DNA of 64,000 nt from Ministeria vibrans ATCC 50519 (lineage: Eukaryota > Protista > Filasterea). Under the pieces are notes generated by a model. The model was given only the letters and a program-made list of their open reading frames with translations, was not told where the DNA came from and did no database searches. Location: contig CALSCP010002292.1 in NCBI GenBank assembly GCA_943704425.1, positions 24,345 to 88,344 on the forward strand, written 5' to 3'. Shown here piece after piece: positions 13,048-26,806 of the stretch (positions are counted from its first letter, which is position 1; the number at the start of each line of letters is the position of its first letter). Both the position numbers and the translations under genes were made by a program.

Positions 13048-14744
13048 ATGTCGAAGCGCGGGCGCAGGGACGAGCAGCAGGCAGCACGCAAGCGCAAGCA
13101 TGCCGACACGGACGCACGCGACACGGTACGCGACACACGCGCCCCCGCAGGCCCCCGCGCCCCCCTGGCCACGCTCGCTGGCGTGCGTGCTTCCTCTCTG
13201 TGTCTTTGGCTGCTCTCACTCTCTGTGTCTCTCTCTCTCACTTTGTCACTTCGTCACTTTGTCATTTTGTCAATTTGTCAATTTGTCTCCATCTCATCTC
13301 TCACTCTCACTTTTTCTCCCTCTTTTCTTCAGCTTCTTGCTGAGATTCGTAAACTCGAAGACCAAGTCAAAGAAGATCTCAAACACGCCAATGGCATTGC
13401 GACATTGCTCGATCATTTTCAAGTACCCTCTGACTAATTGTGACACTGCCCACTTCATACTCACACATCCTTCTTCTCTCTATCCACATATACTATTCAT
13501 TCTTCTTCTTCTTCTTCTTTTTCTTCGTCTCTCTCTATCGCTTTGTTTCTTTCTCCTTCCTTTCTCTCTCTTTCTCTCTTTCTCTCTAGGATGAGAGACG
13601 ACGTGTGGCGCATGCTGCGATGCATTCGCTTCATCGAATTTTTCAAACTGTCATCGCTGACGACTTGGACGGCTGTCAGAAGATGAAGAAGAAGCAGGAG
13701 GAGAAGAAGAACAATAAGAAGAAGAAGTCGAAAGATACCGCGGGGATGGGGGATGATGATGACGACGACACGGCGGCCAGTGCCGTTGCTGACTGGCTTC
13801 GTGCGCGTCGTCAGGACTTTCTTCGTGCTGTCGTTGCCGCTGTCCATCGCGAAGGAATCCGCGTGCCCGCACTACTCGTGCTCATGGAACTGGTGCGAGG
13901 AGAGAGTCGTCGACTGGGACGTTTTGCCACCGCATTGTTTCAGCGTGTGATCGAAACGCTGCTCAAGCTAAATGGAGGTGGTGAGGCGGACAACAATGAG
14001 ACGGAGGGCGCCAGTACAGCTGCCGTCAAAAAGACGCTGGTTGGCGGCGAGGAGGACAACCCACTTGATCGGTTCGTCGAGGACTTTCTCAAGCAGTTCG
14101 ACGACGTGCGCATGTACACATTGCGTGCGATTGCCACGCACGTCCAGTCGGACAAGCGCGTTTCGACTGCTCTCCTTCGCAACGCCTTCTCCATTCTCTA
14201 CCGTCTCAACATGTGCTCGGCCCAAGAGGACCTTACCAGCTTCTTTGTCGAAGAGGACCAGACTCCCGCATTGCGTTCGCTCATCGAGCACAGGTATTGC
14301 GAAGTCGGAGTCGCTGAGAGAGCAACAAAATGACACACACTCTCTCTAATTCTTAGACGAGCATTCTCGGACTGTTGGATTGGATTCCTGCGACACGCGC
14401 TGCCCATTGAGCTGCACAAGCGAGTGCTGGTCATTCTGCATGCTGATGTCATGCCGCACCTGATCAACGCCAAGCTGCTTGTCGACTACCTGTCCGACTC
14501 GTATGCTCAGGGCGGTGTGTGCTCTCTCCTGGCCCTCAACGGCATCTTCATCCTCATGCAGCATCACCACCTTGAATACCCCCGCTTCTACGCCCGTCTT
14601 TACGCCCTCTTTCAGCCCTCCCTCTTTCACGTCAAATATCGCGCTCGCTTCTTCCGTCTTGCAAACACGTTTCTTTCCTCCACGTAAGATCACACTCACA
14701 CATACACATACGTACAGACATACCTTCTCATGAAAATTGGCATC

Positions 14745-14830
<86 letters not shown>

Positions 14831-15558
14831 AATGCCACAGACATCTTCCGGCATACCTTGTGGCGTCGTTTGTGAAGCGGCTGGTGCGCCTGACCCTGCA
14901 TGCGCCCCCGCACGCCCCCGCCCTTGTCATTCCCTTTGCCCACAACATGCTCCGCCGCCACCCCATGTGTCGCGTTCTTATCCATCGTGGATCTCAGTCC
15001 ACAGTCCTTAAAAATATCGAAATTGAATCTGGTACACCCACACACACACATACATTTATACATACAAGGAGGTTGTGTCTTGGCGTGGTGACTGTATAAG
15101 TGGGTTGCATTCTTCTATATAATTATATTTTTATATATGACTACTTTGTTTCTTCTCTCTATTCCTGTATTTTCTTCTCTCTTTTCCTTCCTTCCTTACT
15201 TGCGCTTTCCTTTTCTATTTTTTTTCTCTCTCTCCGTCTCACAATTTGTTTCCTTCGCCCTTTTTTTTGTCTGTTAAACCAATTTTTGAACTCTGTAGAA
15301 ACCAAAAAGGATCCGTTCAACTTTGAGGAGACAGACCCACAAAAGACAAATGCCATTGACAGCTCACTTTGGGAACTTCAAGTACGCGACAACCAGTTCC
15401 ACATACATGCACACTCTAACGACCCCATTCGTCTCTTTAAGATTCTCGACGATCATTTCATGCCGGAAGTGGCGCGACTCGCTCAGATGTTCCGGGCCAA
15501 GTTTACGGGCAAACAGGAACTGGATCTTGATCCTTTTGTCAGTGTCTCTTACGATTCG
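13048..15558 (+). CDS. NOC4L: Nucleolar complex protein 4 (CBF/Mak21 family); final exon apparently missing
   Basis: Motifs are FDDVRMYT, LLVDYLSDSY..SLLALNGIFILM..LEYPRFYARLY, HLPAYLVASFVKRL..P..HNMLRRHP and DPF..DP..TNAIDSSLWEL. The last donor at 15559 enters the CT tract. Confidence 0.9.
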
Positions 15559-15619
15559 GTCAGTCCATCGGTCGATCAAGTGTCATTTTGAAACTCATCG
15601 CCTTCCTTATTCCTTTGTT

Positions 15620-16032
<413 letters not shown>

Positions 16033-16069
16033 ATATTTATATGTTTTTACTAAAACTCTTTTTGCTTAG

Positions 16070-17389
16070 CCGTCGAGCGAGCCGGAGGAGATCATTGACA
16101 TGCGATCGTGTATGGCCGACTTTGCGTTTAGCTACAAGAAACGACCGCACGTGTTTCGTGCCAAGACGGCAGACATGAGGCAGTATTTGTTGCAGGCGAC
16201 CGACGACAACAGCATGTCGCAGTGGGTGCGAGCCATTCAGGATGCAAGCACCCAGCTTGGGACCGAGGAGGAAAAAGTCAAAATGCTAACGCGCCACCTC
16301 GAGGATTTGTCGCACGATGCCGACCATCGACGCAACACCAAAGTTGACGTGTCCACGACAGACCTAGATGCCGTAGAACTGACAGATGTGATCAGCAGCG
16401 ACGACGAAGGTGCATCGGGTGGCAAGAACAAGGCGCGGCGTCAGAACACGGCCGGCAGCGAAAGTAACCTCTCCTTGGGCAGCGAGCGCAGTAAAAAGAA
16501 GCTTACGCAGAAACTGGGTGGGCTGTTTCGCGGCGGTGGTGGTAGTGGTGCAAGTAGCAAGCGCACGTCGCAGGCCGTTGAGGAGACTGCAGCAGCGGCG
16601 AGTGCAGCAGCGGCTCTCCCCGAGTCGACCTGCTTTGGTGTCGACATGGAGGATTACATGGAGTTCCGCGACGACGAGGGCATTCTCATGCCCGAAGTCA
16701 TACTCAAATGCATCGAAAAAGTTGAAGAGTGCGGAATGCAGTCCATGGGAATCTACAGGTACGAACATAATTATAATAAAAATAGAAATAATATAATTAT
16801 ATTAACTCTTTTTTTTAAAAAAAAAAAAAAAAACTCTCTGTGTAGAGTGTCTGGAAACTCAAGCGAGATCCAAGAGCTCAAGAAACAGTTTAACACAGGG
16901 GCACATGCAGTGGACTTGTCCGGCGTCACAGACGTTAACAATGTCACTGGCGTTCTGAAGGTGACCTACTTAGCCATTCGTATTAATGTATCAAATGCGA
17001 TGTTGATCCTTTTTTTTTCGCGTCTCTCCTTGCTTGTAGTTGTATTTCCGCGAATTGCCTGATCCATTGATGACGGACAAGTTTTATCGAACGTTTCTCA
17101 ACTCGTTTCGAACGGGCACGCACGACGAGAAGTTGTACGCGATGAAGGACACTCTGGCTCAACTGCCGCTGCTCAACCGACGGGTTCTCAAGACACTGGT
17201 GGAGCATCTGTCGCGCGTGTCGCAGTACGAGGCCGAAAACCGTATGGCCGTGAGTAATCTAGCTATTGTGTTTGGTCCGACCATTTGCCGACCAGCCGTG
17301 GAAGACCCTACCCTCATGATGATCGATATGAATGTGCAGGTACACCATTTGATTAGTAATGGTGTGGGTTATGTTCTTCTCAACACTTT

Positions 17390-17430
<41 letters not shown>

Positions 17431-18332
17431 AGTGTGCTGTAGTGGACGCCTTGATTACGCACCATGAGTGGTTTTTTGACGCGGAGACGTTTACCGATGT
17501 GGAGGAGGAGGGTGAAGAAGAGGGCGACGGCCATGAGGAGGACGAGCGAGTGGATGCTGAGGAAGACACTGGGGACTATTACGATTCAGTGGAAGGGGTC
17601 CAGGCGACGGCAGGAGCAGAAGCAGCAGCGGAAGCCGGTGTTGCGGCGACGACGGATGTGGCAGAAGGTGGCGTGAAAGGAACAGGGAATGGGGAGGATG
17701 GTGTTGATGTGGGTGAGGACGGTATTTTTGATTTGGTAGACATTACCGGGGAGCATGATGGTGAAGGAGAGATTGAGACAGCAGAGGGAGTTGCGGAGGC
17801 ACAGTACGATGAGCATGGAAACTACGTTGACGAAGACAATGTGTACGATTGTGTGGCGGGAGAAGGCGAATATGTTGAGGATGAAGGGGAATACGCCGAG
17901 GAAGACGTCGAGTATGCTGAGGATGATGATGGAGAGTATGCCGAAGGAGAGTACGCAGAGGAGCAAGGGTACGACGAGCATGGCAATGCGTACGCGGCAG
18001 AAGAGGGCGAGGTGGAGTACGACGAAGATGGGAATGTGGTGTACGCGGAAGGGTATGATGAGGGAGAGGTGTACGACGACGAAGAGTACGCAGAGGAGGG
18101 TGATGTGGAGTACGCAGAGGAGGGTGATGTGGAGTACGCAGAGGAGGGTGATGTGGAGTACGCAGAGGAGGGTGATGTGGAATACACGGAAGAGGGTGAT
18201 GAGGGAGCAGAAGCGTACGAGGAAGAGGGCGGCGCGGTGTATGAGGAGGAGAAGGTGGCGGGCGTGGAAGGGTACGCGCAAGGGGCGGACGCAACGGAGG
18301 CGCATGTCGGCTATGGCGATGACGATGCCTAG
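16070..18332 (+). CDS. PH + RhoGAP protein (ARHGAP21/23-like), 5'-partial, with acidic Tyr-rich C-terminal tail
   Basis: C-terminal half of a PH domain (KKRPHVFR..YLLQA..MSQWVRAI). RhoGAP motifs are FGV, GIYR|VSG with the arginine finger, LK|LYFRELPDPL and NRMAVSNLAIVFGPT. Begins at an acceptor (16069) with no upstream start. Confidence 0.85.
18084..18200 (+). repeat. 24-nt coding tandem repeat encoding (EYAEEGDV)x4-5
   Basis: GAGTACGCAGAGGAGGGTGATGTG repeated. Confidence 0.9.
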
Positions 18333-18522
18333 TACGACACGGTCGCTAACCCACAGTAACTTTTTTGGTTTTCACTTTTTTTTTCTTGCTGACAACGTTT
18401 CGGCCTCTTGTTTGTTGTTTGTTTTCTTGACCGAATCTGTACAGAATTATAAAAATATTTTTCTTCCAATACTATGAGAGTGATGAAAGACGATAGTTCA
18501 GTTTAATGTACTGCAAAATGTG

Positions 18523-19586
18523 TCAGGACTGAGGAGTACTGTCATTAGTGGCAGCAGAGACGGTGGGTGCAGCATCGGCAATGGGAGCAGCAGTGGGTGC
18601 GACAGCGGTAATAATGGGTGCAGCAGCGACAATGGGTGCAGCCGTGGGTGCGACAGCGGCAATGGGTGCAGCCGTGGGTGCGACAGCGGCAATGGGTGCA
18701 GCCGTGGGTGTAGCAGCGGCAATGGGTGCAGCCGTGGGTGCGATATCGGCAATGGGTGCAGCCGTGGGTGCGGCAGCGGCAATGGGTGCAGCAGTGGGTG
18801 CGACAGTGGCGGTGGTTGCCGCAGTGGCAGTGATTGCCGCAGTGGCAGTGGTTGCTGCAGTGGCAGTGGTTGCTGCAGTGGGAGTAGTTGTTGTCGCAGT
18901 GGCGATGACTGTTGTGGCGGTGGGCTGTTTCTTGGGCATAAGGAGCTTTAGCACCTGCGGAGGGTAGAGGAGAGAAATAGGGCCAAAGTGGGAGGCAAAC
19001 GCCGTGCGCAAGACAGTCTCCTCGTCAATAGACGAATGCTCAATGGCCAGGCGGTCGCACGTGTCGGCGACAATCACACGGAAGGGCGCCTAAACAAAAA
19101 TAATTGATGGGTATGAGAACTTCAAAGAAAAAAAAACGGTCGATTGTGAAGCAGGGTATACCAGAAGAGCGCCAAAGAGCTTCTGAGCCTGTTGACGCTC
19201 GACGGGGTTTGCGTTGGGGTCGTTTGCGAGTCGCTTTGCACGGGCGGCGAGTGCCTCTGCGTGGGGCATGACGCATTCGCGCACGGCAACCGCGCCCATG
19301 GCGGCAAAGGCGTGGACGGCGCCAAACGCGGACGTGAGGGGTTTGGTGTCGTCAGCAACAGCCGCCAGCAGTGTCTTGCCCACACGCCGGCGCAGGTCGG
19401 GGTATGCGTCTGCAAAGCGATCGCACACGAGCGCACTCAAACGCGCCGCAAGCATCCGCAGCTCCCAGTGATCCTCCTGCGGCAGTCCACACAGGTGCTT
19501 GCCCACCACGCACGTCAAAATGGCAACGACAAGTTGGTGCAACTGTACAAGTGTAGAAGAGGGGACAAACACAATCATATATACTG

Positions 19587-19679
<93 letters not shown>

Positions 19680-20777
19680 TATATATAGACAAACAGAATA
19701 AAGTTCGTACGTAGGGATCGAGGTAGAGTGAGACATTTTCCAACAGGGCATTGGCCATTTTCATCATGACAAGCAAAACGGGAAGATTGCGCAGATTGGA
19801 CGTGACCTAAAGAGATGTAAGTCAGATACCGACAGAGAAACATCCACACATGATACAATATTGCACTTACGCGGTCTGAAATGAACTGGGTAAAGTAGGG
19901 AAGTAGCTGGTGGAGACCAGGGTCGAGGCGAAGGGACTGGAGGGCTGGTTTGATATGCGAAGGGTCGCCGCTGAGAATGCCCTGCGTCGTGCGGTCGAAG
20001 AACAGCTGCATTTCCCGGCTGAGTACGTGCCGCACGGGCGCGCGTACTTCTGTCGCGTCCGTCGCAGAAACAAATGTGCGTCCAACTGAGTTAGGGACAA
20101 AGTGTTAGAAGTATGGTGCGACCGTAGGATAAGACTAATTTTGGTACTTGGAGGGTTCTGAGGAATGGACGGCTGTACCCCGTCGACAGCAAGCCAGTGT
20201 GCTAGGAAGGGCCAGAAGAACAGTGGATCAGTATGCGCCGACTCGTGTGGCTGCCATGGCTCAAGGATGTACCGGTGACGGAGATGTCGACGGGACAGGG
20301 CGGCAGTGGCTCGGCAAGAATCTCCTTGAGGTCTACTTCGTCGTCGCGCGCGACAAACACCGCTTCGTGACCGGGGTCGTTTAAGCGTGAGAATTTAGGA
20401 AGATTTTGGTCGCTGGCGGCGTGGAATCCGTACGTGGGCTGCGCACAATGGCGTCAATGAAAAAGAGTCGCACAATCATCTTCATACCTCCAAGTTTGCC
20501 GCACGCAGCGCGTTATTGATGTCGCCCGACGAAAGAGTCTGTCGCTTGCCATGGTGCATCATTTTCATCGCGTCCTGTGTCCAAAAGGGGCCCAGAATGA
20601 GCCGCGGGAGGGGAAAGCAGTTTCGGTTTCTCGAAATTGTGTGCAGCAAACCTGAATCAGCGTGCGTAACCTCTTTTCCGTATCCTGGAGCAGTTTCGTT
20701 TGTACATCGTTGCTAGGCATGGCCAGAAGTTCCATCTCCGCAGAGCTGGTCACGAATTCTCGAGGGAGGGAAGTCAT
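18523..20777 (-). CDS. TAF6: Transcription initiation factor TFIID subunit 6
   Basis: Histone fold (DAMKMMHHGKRQTLSSGDINNAL), HWLAVDGVQPSIPQNP, HVLSREMQLFF, DPGLHQLLPYF, LYLDPY|LHQL and DHWELR. Confidence 0.93.
18560..18810 (-). repeat. 30-nt coding tandem repeat encoding (APTAAPIAAx)n in the TAF6 tail
   Basis: GGCAATGGGTGCAGCCGTGGGTGCGACAGC-like unit, ~7 copies. Confidence 0.9.
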
Positions 20778-20893
20778 GGTGAGTAAAAAAGAGTTTTCAT
20801 TTCTGAATTCGACTCATTTCGTATTCGATCTTTAAAGTCTTTTCAATCTAATATCGCTCACATTCACAAATCGATCTCTCAAAATAATTTACC

Positions 20894-21676
20894 ATGCCTA
20901 ATCACACAATCAGCCATGTCATATTTGACATGGATGGCCTTATTCTTGACACGGAGCGGCTCTATTCAATCGCCACCCAGAAATTTCTTGATCGGTACAC
21001 ACTCAAACGATTCAATGTCACGCTCACTCACAAACACACACACACACTCTCTCTCTCTCTCTCCCTCTCTCTTTCTGTCGCTCTTGTTAGCTTTGGCATC
21101 ACGTTCACTTACGAAGTGAAAGCACAGCTGATGGGCTCGCCAGGCTACCCTGCTGCGGTGAAGCTGCTGGAGTTGCTGGAGATCAGCCATCTGACGACGC
21201 CTGAAGAGTTCTTGAAGTGTCGCGATGAGGCTCTTCTCACGCTGTTTCCCGAGGCCCAGCTGCTGCCGGGCGCCGAGCGGCTTATTCGCCATCTGCATGC
21301 ACACAAGGTTCCCATTGCGATCGCGTCGGGATCGAACACAAACTTTTTCGCGCTCAAGACAGCCAAGCACGAAGCGCTCTTTGCTCTCTTCATGCACAAG
21401 ACTCTCGGCGACGATCCCGAACTGCGCAACGGCAAGCCCCACCCCGACGCATTCTTGCTGTGCCACTCGCGGTTTCCCAAGCCGCTGCCTGACCCCCAAT
21501 CAGTCCTCGTGTTTGAGGATGCGCCCAACGGCGTGACAGCCGCACGCGCCGCCAACATGCATGTCGTTGCTGTGCCCGACCAACGCGCGCGCCCCGAGCA
21601 ATTTAGCCATGCATCGCTTGTGTTGTCATCTTTAGAAGAGTTTCGACCTGAACTGTGGGGTCTACCTGCATTGTAA
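20894..21676 (+). CDS. PUDP: HAD-family pseudouridine-5'-phosphatase (HDHD1/GS1-like)
   Basis: FDMDGLILDTERLY, GKPHPDAF, VFEDAPNGV and C-terminal FRPELWGLP; 96-nt intron at 20995-21090. Confidence 0.9.
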   Translation: MPNHTISHVIFDMDGLILDTERLYSIATQKFLDRYTLKRFNVTLTHKHTHTLSLSLSLSLSVALVSFGITFTYEVKAQLMGSPGYPAAVKLLELLEISHLTTPEEFLKCRDEALLTLFPEAQLLPGAERLIRHLHAHKVPIAIASGSNTNFFALKTAKHEALFALFMHKTLGDDPELRNGKPHPDAFLLCHSRFPKPLPDPQSVLVFEDAPNGVTAARAANMHVVAVPDQRARPEQFSHASLVLSSLEEFRPELWGLPAL

Positions 21677-21795
21677 TCAATCAACTTCATTTTCACACAA
21701 AAGAAAGACACACACACGAAAAAAACCCCCCATCCTCACACACACACACACACAAAAGCAAACAAAGAGAGAGAGAAAGAGAGAAAGAGAGCCAA

Positions 21796-23051
21796 TCAAA
21801 GCTGGTAGCGCACATAAGGCACTTCGACATCCTCGCCCTCGGCATCGTTGCAGCAGATCTCAAAGACAAGGAACTTGGTATGGGCCGGAATGTCCTTCTT
21901 GGAGACCACCTTGACCACTTCAGAGAGACTATAAAGTTTGTGTGAGTGTGTGCGTGTGCGTACGTGTGTGTGAAAAGGAGGGGAAGTAATGGGTGAGGTG
22001 ATTAGACTTACGGCATAGCCAGACGCTCCTTCTTCTTGTCCTTGTTCATGAAGAAGGAGTACAGCATCGAGACACCGCACGAGAGCATTGTAATCTCCAG
22101 TTTGTGTTCCTTCTGGAAGTAGTCAATGAACCCTTGAAGAGTCATCGAACCACGCACGTCAAATCGGTCCCACAGTGTCCATGTCGTCTCCCCATACTAA
22201 CAAATTAAAACCACAACGTTAGGATGGAAAACAAACACAGACAAATTGCAACGAGAAAAAAGAAAGAAAAAAAAAAAAGCACACACACACACACAAAAAT
22301 CAAACACAAGAAAGCAAACAGAAACCAAAAAATACATTTACCTTGTTCTGGACAGGAGCAATGGGCGTGGAGAAGGCAGCAAGAGGCAAAGCCAGGTTCA
22401 CAAAGCCTAACAATAATAATAATAAATTGAAGTTAGTTGTTTCGTTTTTGTTTTCTATAGGAAATATATAAAGATATACCATTCTTGAATGCATCGAGGT
22501 CCACCTTGGCCTTACCGGCCAGGAAGGCGACAATCTTGTACATCTCAAGGTTGACCAGACCGACCACAAGGGCGGTGGTGGTCGCAATGGCCGGAATGAT
22601 CTTGCCGGCAATCAGCTTGGACTTGTGCTTGTCTGCCGGAGCAATCGCGTAGTTGGCTGCACGCACATTGGATGTCTATAGTATGTTATATATTAGTTCA
22701 AAAATACGGGAGAATTGACGGCGGAGGTGATCCTTACGGCTGTGATATAGTCCATGTGGAAGTTGGTATCGTCGTCCTTTTCAAACTCGTGGGGGACCAT
22801 TCGGTAGCCGGCCAGCGAGCCTGGTGCTGGCAGTGACTTGATCATGCTCTCCAACTCCTCTGCGTCTGTCTGCGCACCTCCTTGGTCCTCCTTAGCCTCA
22901 GCGTCCGACACGTGGATCTTGACTCCCTGGCGTGGCTGGAATGCCGGAATGTTCACGCCCTTGATTACTTCAACAAACTAAAACAAAAAAAACAGCAAGG
23001 GATCAATCTAAAATGAACGACATTTCACACACACACAGACACACACACACA

Positions 23052-23123
<72 letters not shown>

Positions 23124-24299
23124 ACAAAGACACACCACAAAGACACGCACACACGAAAGAAAGAGAGAGCGAGAGAAAGAAGACACACACAGCGAGAGAC
23201 ATACATCGAGAAACGTGTCATTAATGTAACTCAGTCAGTTACATATTATAGCTTGATACGATGATCTTGGTGACGGCGACGGACGTGAGAGGCGTCGAGG
23301 GTGCGCCTTTCCAGAGGGTTGCATTGCCACAGACTGCACTGATGGCAAAGTTCCAGCCAAACACTGCGACAGGGAAGTTGAAGGCACTGATCACACCCAC
23401 TACGCCCAGTGGGTTCCATTGCTCCATCAACATGTGCTGCGGTCGCTCTGAGGGAATGATCTTGCCGCTCAGCATACGTGACAGACCCACTGCGTAGTCA
23501 CAAATGTCGATAAACTCTTGCACCTAATGCAAAAGTAAACACAAAACATCACCACATCTACGAATACTAAGCACTTTTCACAGACACTTACACACACACA
23601 AACATTGCAACATGCGTGCACCTTGTCTGTATCGGTGTGGCCCTTGAGGCCGTAGTTTTGCGCGTAAAGGTTGGCAGCGGACACAACAAACTCCATGTGA
23701 GTAGCATCCTCGCCATCAAAAGTCTGTGGTTTGGGGCATCGCTTAGGACCTGACCAGAAGGGCTGGCCCGACGACGTCACCTTCAAACAATATGAAAAGA
23801 AAGCATGAGAGTCACACACACATAAACATAATATCATTTGAAATGTGAATGCAAACCTGGTCGGGAGGGAAGTTGAAGAGCAGCTGACGAATCTGGTTGT
23901 CAAACAGGTCTTGAAATTGCAGGCGAGCCCAGACAATGCAATCGTCAAAAGTGAGCGGGCGGTGGGTGACAAGCGCCTCCTTGATGGACGACAGTGTCTC
24001 CATGATCTAAAAAGACACGACACCAAGGGAAATGTTGAGTCGCACTCGATGCAAAAACAAAACGTTTACCTGGCTTCCCGACTGCTTTTGGAGCTGTTCA
24101 AGGTAGTCTGACTGGCCAAGGTAAGCATTGACATTCTCGGGAGTGTTTGCAAAAACCCCCTCGAATCTGTCGCGCGCCCACTGCAGCGTATGCTCGATAG
24201 CATTCGGAAAATTCTTCAGAGTGCAAATGGGAATAGACTTCTCCGGAGGGTCTTGCGATGACGAGTACGACTCTGTGACGTGCGGGAACACAACCTATT

Positions 24300-24336
<37 letters not shown>

Positions 24337-24347
24337 NNNNNNNNNNN

Positions 24348-24405
<58 letters not shown>

Positions 24406-25638
24406 TACCTGAGTGTTTCCTTTGGTACCGAGTGTTCCCGACTCAAGAAGAGGCTTGCCGTAGAACACGCAGCGACGATCCATGTACATTCGAGCCTCGA
24501 CGTTGTCCAGGGCATTGGTGACACCATTCAGGCTGGCGAAAAAAGCGTCGTCGTAGACATTCTCAGTGTCAACACCCACACGGCTCTGGTGGGCAATGAC
24601 ATTGAAGGATGGGTTCATGACCTTGGCGGCCGCTGCCGCAGTGTCCGACTTGAGCTTCTGCACGTCCCAGGGACGGAAGAGGAACTGGCGATTGAGATTG
24701 CTCTTTTCAATGGTGTCCATATCGGTGACGGTGACACGACCAGCCTCGCTCGCACCCAGTCCCATCAAAGCCCAGCACTTGAGCATTTCGCACCCAATCG
24801 CACCGGCACCCACCAAAAACTGATGTTGCGACTCCATCAGTGCCTGGTACTTCTTGCCAAAAACGGCAATCTGTCCGTCATAGCGCGAGCCCGTCATGGC
24901 ATAGTCTTCTGGATCGACCATCTCGTCCGCGTCCTCCACAAGCGACTCGAGACTGTCAAAGTAAAGGTACTAGAGAGAAAAAGATTAATAATTATTAATT
25001 ATAAGAAAGACGTTATTATTATAATAATAATAATAAACAGGAACGTGCGCTGTTGATTTGAGCAAAAAGATTCAAAACAAAAACAATAAACCAAAACAAT
25101 CCCAAAAAAAAAACACTCACTTGGACAATGGGGTGAAACTTGCCAGAGCAAGCCTTGAGGACTTCCTGAGCGGCAAATCCACCAATAAAAGAGTTCATTG
25201 GCGAGAGATTGCCCTGAGCCTGGTAGGCCAGCTTGGTGAGGAGCTTCTCGTCGAGCGTCTCCACCTTGGACGTGTCGGGGGCGGCGGCGTTGATCTCGGC
25301 GGCAATCTCCAGGACAGTCTTGGCATCGGCCGAGTTGCGCGGCGCCGGCTGACGACCACCGTTACGCTTGGCAAAAGCGTCAAGTGCCTGGTAGCCAATG
25401 TGGAGCTGTGCGGGTCGGTCAAACTTAGCCCAGTCGGAGATGAGCATGTCGGGTGCGGCAAGCGACTCCTTGAGCGACTTGAACGTCATCGTCTTGGGCA
25501 TCTTCACCTGCTTGGCAATGCCGCCACGCACATACGGCGAAAAGCCAGTGGTGTCGTCAATGGAGAATGTGTAAGGGCCCAGAACCTAAAAACAAAGTAA
25601 GAGTAATAGTTTTAATGAGTTAATAATATAATAATAAC

Positions 25639-25674
<36 letters not shown>

Positions 25675-26806
25675 TAAAATAATAATATAATTATGATTAT
25701 CATCAGTATTATCATTATTATAATAATAATAATAATAATAATAATAATTATTATTGTAGTTGTTTTTCTATCTACCTTGATGGGCACAGGCTCGCGGTCG
25801 TTGATCTGCTCCATTCCATGAACCTCGCTGAAGGAGACATAGTCACCGTCTTCGAGGCCGTGGCGGGTTTCGTCGAGGCACGTGACGACGCCCTCCTTGT
25901 CCGAGGTGATGGATGCGACCATGACAGAGGTGGCAGGTTCGCCGTTGACGTCGTTGATGACAAAATCTTTGCCAAAGTCGCAGAAGAGCTGGGCAAAGAG
26001 ACCGCGCGTGTCGGCAATGACCGTGTGAGCGTTGTTGGCGCGCGCAGCCTCGTTGACACGAAGCTGTTCGTCAAGCGACGAGCGTGTGAGCACAATGACC
26101 TGGAACTGGGCGACAAGCTCGTCGGTGAGCTCGCCTGTGTGCACCTCCATCTTGACATAATTGTTGAGTTCGGCAAGACGCGGAAGGGTCACTTCAGCAC
26201 GATTTTTGCCAACATCTTCGGGACGCAGGAAGAACTGCGACGACAGATCGGCCATAGTGACTGCCTCCCTGTCGTGGATGGTGACCGACTTGACGCCGGC
26301 CAGCACGACATTCTTGGCAATCTCAATGCCCAGACCCGACATGCCCGAGATGAGCACGTTGCTCGACCCCATCTTCTTCATCGCTTCATGGCCCAGGACA
26401 TACAGCTACAGAGACGACACGTGAGATGCGGAGCCACGGCAGGTCGAGCGTCGATGCGTGCGCGCGCGCGTCACACACACAAAGAGCGCAGAGTGAAGAA
26501 ACGCGAAGGTTTGCAAACAATGTATAAAAAAAAAAAAAAAAAAAAAAAAGAAGAGAATGGACTCGACAGGCGTCGCCCGGACGAAGACACACTGGCACCA
26601 TGTGGCACGGGGCCCTCTTCAGGCCTTCCAGCGACGCCGCGGGGTGCGCAGACCTACCTGGCGGCTGTACAGGCCCTCGTCGATGCTATCTTGCGCGGTG
26701 TCCATTTTCTGTGAAACGGAAAAAAAGAAAAAAGAAAGGGCGAGAGTGTGTGTGTCAGGGATCAAGGTCGGCAGAGGGACGAGGTGGCACTACGTACTTC
26801 AGACAT
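21796..26806 (-). CDS. UBA1: Ubiquitin-activating enzyme E1
   Basis: [38 protein letters not shown], catalytic [32 protein letters not shown] and terminal EVPYVRY. ATG at 26806. Confidence 0.97.
23260..23523 (-). CDS. ALDH7A1: Isolated 264-nt exon of aldehyde dehydrogenase family 7 (antiquitin) inside a UBA1 intron
   Basis: Encodes [61 protein letters not shown]. Flanked by a TAG acceptor (23526-23524) and a GT donor (23259-23258). Confidence 0.9.
24337..24347. other. Assembly gap flanked by poly-A/poly-T in a UBA1 intron
   Basis: N characters. Confidence 1.

Noticed and set aside
17586-18305. His/Pro/Leu repeat ORFs on the minus strand
   Set aside because: Antisense shadows of the acidic RhoGAP tail.
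18520-18951. Cys/Gly-rich ORF (GCSRGCDSGN)n resembling a metallothionein or keratin-associated protein
   Set aside because: It is the antisense reading of the TAF6 30-nt repeat tail and begins at a non-ATG codon.
24307-24404. Poly-A / poly-T inverted pair that could form a hairpin
   Set aside because: The runs flank an N gap, so their lengths and pairing are unreliable.
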